Source of the DNA: Azolla caroliniana
Taxonomy: Eukaryota > Plantae > Polypodiophyta
Direction: 5' to 3'
Assembly (NCBI GenBank): GCA_043228905.1
Contig: JBHGNT010000018.1
Coordinates: 11,656,001 to 11,720,000 of the forward strand
Length of the DNA stretch: 64,000 nt
A program made the translations under genes and the position numbers. Below the pieces are notes generated by a model that did not search any database, was not told the origin of the DNA, and was given only the letters and a program-made list of their open reading frames with translations. This document shows positions 57,291-64,000 of the stretch, in pieces (the stretch's first letter is position 1; each line of letters starts with the position of its first letter).

Positions 57291-60200
57291 TGTTGAGCGG
57301 CAAGCTTAACCGGATCCGGATCGACTGGATAAGCCTGAGCCGGATGGTATCCAGAAACAACCTGCCAGATCGGGGAGACGGATCGGAGAGCCAGATTCTA
57401 GCAAGAACCGGAACCCTAGTAGTAGCCTAGAATACTAGGTAATCATTGTCTCGTAGTTAGTGTCAGTCGCATGTAGGAACATTGAAGTACATTGTACTTC
57501 TCTCAGTCCTTTTAAGGACTTGTATAAATAGTGGTGTTGTAGCACATTGTATGGACAGAGTTTACAGAGTGTTATTTTGATTTGAGTTTATGTTCTGTTC
57601 TCTCTATCTCTCCCATATATATTTCCTGTGTGAAGCTTTTCCACAAAACCTTCTCTTATTCTCTGTTGCTACCCGGCTGAGCCGGTTTGTCTAATTCTTC
57701 CGCACGTTTACTTTCACATGGTATCAGAGCGCGAAGGTTGAGAACCTTTGCAGCCGACAAACCCTACTACCCGATAAGGACAGACAAAGAAAGATATGGA
57801 CAGAGGTTGTTATACGTTTTAGGGTTAGGGTTAATGATGATAATTATGATGCTTGGTAATGAAGATAGACATGGTGATGGAGAGTATGATGGTGAGAGAG
57901 ATCATATAGAGAAGCATTGTGAAGTGGGGGGTGGTGCCTAGAATGGCTCCACCCCCCTCCCAAGGGGGTTCAACGTAAGGGGAGAGAGAGAGAGAGAAAT
58001 ATGTCAAAGAGAGAGAGACAAAGAGAGAGAAATGGTTATTCATGTTTCATTCATTCCCCATAAGGGGTTAAATAGTACAAGAGGGGGTAGATACATAGGG
58101 GTGTAAGCCCCCTCGAGCATTCATACTGGACACTCACTCACACCTCCTCGTATCCATCCACATGCACACACATGTACAAGTGTTCACATACGTATAGACT
58201 CACAATTACATTTATGCCCCCTACACATACACAACAACATCATGATAACATTTGACCCTCGCTCATCACACTTGACTCTTCGTACATCTCGTACGGGGTA
58301 ACACAATATGGCACGCCCGTGGGAGAGTGCCTTGCACGTCGATCCCACATGCCTTGATGATGATATTTCTTCGACCGGAACTTCCATCTGTCCTTTCAAC
58401 GATCGACTCCCTCGAACGGAGTGCTTGACTCGAACATCTTTGTCGATCAGCGAATCTTCCGCGACACGAACATTCTCATTTTGTCAACTTACGAACTTTA
58501 GCATCATGGGTCCAAAAACGTTGTGCGTATGTGTATCTTCCTTTTATCTTGTGAGTTGTGTGCGGATCACGTCCATTTCTTTTAGGTTCATGAGTTTTCG
58601 AAATTCCATAGGTGCCCTTTGATTTTTTAAAATTTTGACAATGCCATCATGTTTTTCGAAATTCTTCAGATGCCCTCAAGTTTTCAAAACTCCTTGAATG
58701 CCTCTTTCTCTATTTTTCTTCTCGTCCTATCTTTTGATTCAATTTCGTCTTTATCTCTAGGTTATTGTTGTGGTCCGTTATTGCACTCTCTCTTCTGTGT
58801 ATCCCTCATCTCTTTCTTCTTCTTTCTGCTTTCGTTTCCCGCTTCTCTTCTTGCCGTCCTTTCTCTCCTATCTTCATCTGCTTCTTCTTGTTTTCTTATG
58901 CAGTTCTTCTTCTGGATTTGTCTTCTTCTTCCTTTCTCGTTTCTCTCCATCCTCTGTTATGTGCCTTCTCTTCTTCCATGACTTCTTCCTCTTACTTCTC
59001 TGTTCATCAACGGCTACATCTCCTTCTTCTCCTTCTTCTTCTTCTTCTTCTTCTTCTTCTTCTTCTATGTTCTCTTCCTACTTCATTCTCTTCTTCTTTT
59101 CTCTGTTTTCTTTCCTGTCGTTGTCGTTATTTGTTGTTTGCATCTTCTTTGTCTTCTTCTTTCTTCCTTGTTTTCCTATGTCGCTCGTTGTGCAATAGTT
59201 GTAATGGCTTCCTTTGCACCGTCGCCATACGATTTGTGCGTCTGCCCTTGCCTCCATGTCCGGCCGTTTTTCTCTGTTTTTCGGTTCCATTGTTGTCGGT
59301 CGTCCATCTCTGTTCGACGTTGCTGGTGTCGTTTGTCTCTGTCCAGCCTTGTCTGCCGGCTCTGTCTTTGTGTCCGTTTCTCCATCTCTGTCTCCGGTTC
59401 CGATGCCATCCAGCCCATCGTTTCGGCAACTCTAGCTGTCTGTTTAGGGTTTCCGGCCGCTACCGTTCCTTCCGGCTGCTACCATTCCTTCCAGCTGTCG
59501 GCTGTTGTTTGTCTGGCTCATCTGGCCGCTTCTCCGGTTACTCTTCCACTGATGTCCGGTCGTCAGTTCGGCTATCTCCGTCGTCCGACACATTCGGCTG
59601 TCTCTATCCGACCTGGCCGTTGCTGGTCCGCCACCACTTTAGTCGTTGGTATGTGGCCACTGCCGTTTGATCGTCGTACCGGCTTCGTCACCGTTCCGAC
59701 TGTTCGGCCCGTCTAGTCGGCTGTATGGCGGACTCCATCTCTGGTCGTCTCTTGCAGCATGCTTTCTTGCACACACACGTCATGGCTAACCGCACATTTG
59801 CACATTGTCATTTCTATTCTCGCACACTCACATAACGCCATCATTTCGCGACTTCCTCTCATGCATTGTCATCGTTTTTGTACATCTTTGGCAACATGTC
59901 TCGGACATTTAGGACAAAAACAGACCAAACAAAACATACACATATAGAGATTAATTCGTTGTAGAATTGTGCATCAGTCAATCTTCCATTTTCGGCTTCC
60001 TCTGCACATCATTGCCATCATTTGTCGCTTTTCTTGCATACTTCTATAGCGAATAGTCATCACGCCATTGTTCTTTCTCATATTTCCACCAGTTCTCGCA
60101 CATCGTCGATTCGACTTCTCGCACTGATGAGGGTTGCATCATTGTTCGCTGCGTATTATTCTTTGACTCCGTCTCCAAAGGGGGGTCACCTTAGTGGTTG

Positions 60201-61624
60201 CCAAAAGGTGTTGTACGTTTTAGGGTTAGGGTTAATGATGATAATTAATATGCTTGGTAATGAAGATAGACATGGTGATGGAGAGTATGATGGTGAGAGA
60301 GATCGTATAGAGAAGCATTGTCGGGTGGGAGGTGGTGCTTAGAATGGCTCCAGCCCCCTCCCAAGGGGGTTCAACGTAAGGGGAGAGAGAGAGAGAAATA
60401 TGTCAAAGAGAGAGAGACAAAGAGAGAGAAATGGTTATTCATGTTTCATTCATTCCCCATAAGGGGTTAAATAGTACAAGAGGGGGTAGATACATAGGGG
60501 TATAAGCCCCCTCGAGCATTCATACTGGACACTCACTCACACCTCCTCGTATCCATCCACATGCACACACGTGTGCATGTGTTCACATACGTATAGACTC
60601 ACAATTACATTTATGCCCCCTACACATACACAACAACATCATGATAACATTCAACCCTCGCTCATCACACTTGACTCTTCGTACATCTCGTACGGGGTAA
60701 CAGAGGTATGGCGAGTTCACTTCCCATAGAGAAGCTCGACCGGAGCAACTATGCGTCCTAGTCATATAAAATGCACCAGTATCTGTTGGGGCATGGACAT
60801 TGGACCTACGTGGAAGGAACCAACGAGGTAGCGTCGGAGCCGACACACAAAGACTTCCCAGCATGGGAGCAAGGAGCGATCCGGGTATTGTACTGCCTCG
60901 TGTCTTGTGTCCACGATCAGATGATCGGCTACATCAAGGATGCAAAGACGTCGAAGGAGGCCTGGGCAAATCTTCGGAAGATTCTTGCCGTGAGTACCAC
61001 AACCCGTAAGTTGTAGCTCTGGCAAGAGCTAAACAACGTCCGGCAAAGAGATATGTCGGGTACGGACTACACCACTAAGATAAAGGAGATTTATGACGCG
61101 CTCGGGTCCATCAACGTGACGGTGGATGAAGATGAGATGGTCCAAATCTGCCTCAGTGGTCTAGCACAATAGTATGGGCCAATCCGGACAACGATCTGCA
61201 CCTGGGAGAAGCCACCATCCTTCTTCGACTTACAATCAATGTTGATGGTCAAAGAAAACCATGCGAGCGGGTCGAGGACCACTCAATCGTACAATCGGAT
61301 GTTGTACACGGAGTCGGATCGGCCCTGTGGATGTGGAGGACGAGGTGGGTCGGCACGCAATGGAGGTGGCCGGCAAGAGCAGGAAAGAAGGCACAGAGAC
61401 AGTGCCGACAGTAGTTCCAGACCCTCCACAAGCAGGGGGAGGCAAAGCGGCTCCAAGAACCGGAAAGGAGAGGCTGACACGGAATGTTGGTCCTATGGCA
61501 AGAAAAGCCATAGGGAAAGTGAGTGTTGGAAGAAGCGCGTCGATTCGGACAAAGCCGGTCGGAAAAACCGGCAAAGCTCGCACTACGCGGATGGATCAAA
61601 AGGATATGGAACCGGGAAGACCAG
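57291..61624 (+). mobile_element. Ty1/Copia element B3 (5' LTR, PBS, gag), interrupted by X2 and G4
   Basis: LTR 57291-57718, PBS TGGTATCAGAGC 57719-57730, gag MDRG|MASSLPIEKLDRSNYAS resuming at 60708. Confidence 0.92.
57808..60702 (-). mobile_element. Intact non-autonomous LTR element X2 (about 2.9 kb)
   Basis: LTRs 57808-58303 and 60209-60702, TSD GAGGT, 1.9-kb pyrimidine-rich internal region with no gag/pol motifs and a (CTT)n run near 59020-59066. Strand is inferred. Confidence 0.92.
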
Positions 61625-64000
61625 TGGCATGGTGTACTTTGTACACTACGTAAAATATGTGTGGAGTACCCGATTGACTAAGTATAAAGAAATAGGAGAA
61701 ATACTACAATAATTATGTTACATGCATAGGGCAGGATTTGAACCCTCTACCCCCATGTTAATGATTTTAAGCCTTACCATTGTACTAGCATATTATGAGT
61801 TTTAAAGTTAGACTAAACTTTGTCCTATGTAAATATTCTAGATAAGCATGATAGAAAAAGTTATTTATGCATACATACTCGAGTTAAAAGAAAAGATGTG
61901 ATAGAAATCTAATCATGCACATGTAATGTGCATGAAAACTAAAGTTAGAAAAAGCATGATGTTTGCATGTGATAAACTTAGAGTCTTCCATGACTATATA
62001 AGGAAGAGAGAAAGATGTATAGGTTTTGTTGATTTTTTATAAGGTTTGATTAATATAAAATATTCGTGGGATTTACGATTTTGCCATCTATTTCTCTCTT
62101 ACAATCTAAGTATCAATTAATACATTATACTCGTGGGATTCACGAGTTTCATATCTTCATGTAGCAATCTATTCATAACTTACCTTATCTCATATTCTTC
62201 TTTCTCCTAGTCCAAAACCCCAGTGGTTCCCACTCGACTCACGCAAACGATCCGGAACAAAAGGCCCGACACAATGCTGATCCCGATGTGAAAATGGGTG
62301 GCAAGGAGATGGAAAATCAACAAGAGGCTAACAACATGATGGCGATGTTCGGGCAGATGCTACAATAACAACGCGCAATGTCGGAGATTGCGGTGGCAGT
62401 AGAGCGGCTCGTGTAATGTAATGGACAATTCAACAGGAAGGATGTGTCGCGATATTTGCAGGATTACAAAGCAGAATATCGGAAGGATTGTAGGTGACAT
62501 CCTTCAATCGGGTGGCTACAGACGGGCTTCAAGGGAGTATCCATGGGATTTGACAACAAAATCTGACGTGGGAAGCATTTGAAGAAGCGCTAAAGACCAC
62601 GTTTGCCATCAAGGTCTCCTCCAAGGCAACGCGGAGGGGATTTGAAGATTGGGTGGAAATGCCAGACAAAGGGCTGAAGGTCCTCGATGTGTTTTCGGCA
62701 TTCCAAAGTCGGTTCGGGAAGTTGTCCATGAGAGATCAAGCTATCCTCGCCTTGGACAAAGTGATCATGTTCTTAGGAGCCATGGATGTCAAGGACCGGA
62801 AAGATCTTGGAATGCTTCTAGAGGACACCACTATTGAGAGTGGCCTCACCAATACATGGGAAAATGTGCGGAACATCGTCGCGCGATACACAAACAGGGG
62901 GCAATGGCTTGGTAGTGAAGAAAAGAGAGTTTCAAAACCAATTCCGAAACCAAGATCCAAATTGGAAGACCATTAATCATGGGCTCAGGAGACTACGACC
63001 GAGAAGGGAATCGATGCAACCACGGTGGAGCAGTTGCTGAAGGAGATGGAGAATCTGAAAATCATGATGGTGAAGAAGTCAGATGAACGTCCCACAAGTT
63101 CCAAGTATATGAACCGTCGATGCATATGGTGCGATAGCACCGAACATGATCGGAGGGATTGCGATGAGCACAAGGAGGCGCTACGATGGGATCTTATCTA
63201 CTACAAGGGAAATCGGATTCATTCGATGGACTCTCGGAAGCCACTCCGACCGAACTTTCGAAAAGGCAGCATGAAGTAGGTCCTAGAAGAGGAAATAGTG
63301 GCAAAAAGCAATTATGCGACAACCGTGGGGATACCTGTGGGTGAGTCCTCTAAAGCAAAGGCGTCTTTTTGGCTGGAAGTGCTAGAAAACCCCGAGAAAA
63401 CTGACTCTAATGAGATCCGAAGCACCGTGGAAGGCATCCAAGAAGCTACGGGATGGGAGTGCCCCGTCGATAAAAATAGCGTGTACGCCCTATGCCAATT
63501 ACATGAAGTGTACGAAGATGAGAAACGATGGCGCACGGATGATGCGGCCGGACCATCAAAGACGCCGAAGAGGTGGAACTCCGAAGGGAAGGGGAAAGGA
63601 AAAACAATTCCCGCATTCAAACTAGCTTCAAACATCGAGCAACGGATGGACTTAAAAAAAGTGTTCGAGGAGAGAATCCTCGATAGCCGGGTAGATTTTT
63701 CGCTTCGGGGATTACTCAAAATAGTGAAGGAGTTCCACAATCTGCTTGTGGATCTCGTGAAGAGAAAAAGACAAAATGCAGAGGAAAATGCTCCAAGGGT
63801 GAATGCAAATACCATTTTAATGAATGATACCAAAGTGGAGGATGAAATTCCGAACTCTCACTACACAAGGCCACACTAGGCACACGCAACTACGGAGACT
63901 CCGGTCCAAATCGGAACTATCAAAGAGCCCGTACTAGCATTGATTGATCACGAATCGGAGATCAATTTGATCAATTTGATGTCCATGGGGAAGTGGCCTA
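61625..64000 (+). mobile_element. Degenerate Ty3/Gypsy G4 (G3 family): 5' LTR, PBS, gag-PR
   Basis: LTR about 61625-62271 ending CCCGACA, degenerate Trp PBS TGCTGATCCCGATGTGA 62275-62291, knuckle CIWCDSTEHDRRDC, DLKKVFEERILDS, ALIDHESEINL. Confidence 0.88.
61726..61790 (-). ncRNA. tRNA-like A-box/B-box cassette in the G4 LTR
   Basis: Minus strand: TAGTACAATGG ... GAGGGTTCAAATCC with tRNA-like spacing. Confidence 0.5.

Noticed and set aside
57817-57833. Telomere remnant (TTAGGG repeats)
   Set aside because: Only about 2 units, present in each X-family LTR; better read as a telo-box-like LTR motif.
58765-59716. Hydrophobic 301-aa and K/E/R-rich ORFs in X2 (and 8908-9791 in X1)
   Set aside because: They arise from CT-rich low-complexity DNA and are not conserved in sequence between X1 and X2.

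Overview
This window contains no host gene that I can recognise. It is a deeply nested cluster of about 16 LTR-retrotransposon insertions or remnants, probably from a non-seed land plant (inferred from a Tcn1-type chromovirus alongside plant-type Copia elements with the tRNA-iMet PBS). Boundaries were read from TG..CA termini, target-site duplications (TSDs), primer-binding sites (PBS) and polypurine tracts (PPT). It holds decayed Ty1/Copia elements of two lineages, two young Ty3/Gypsy elements with apparently identical LTRs (10912-16195, a self-priming chromovirus; 33421-40724, tRNA-Trp-primed with a -1 frameshift between protease and RT), two Athila/Tat-like Gypsy elements with a conserved extra 3' ORF, two non-autonomous LTR elements and two solo LTRs. 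The most unusual signals are three. (1) A family of Gypsy and non-autonomous elements has no PPT next to the 3' LTR; a copy of a tRNA-Arg 3' end sits there instead, so both internal junctions carry inverted tRNA sites. (2) Antisense tRNA-like A-box/B-box (Pol III) cassettes sit in the U3 of TGTCG..CGACA-type LTRs. (3) That same family has CG-centred 4-bp target sites. tRNA identities and lineage names are from memory and need a database check.
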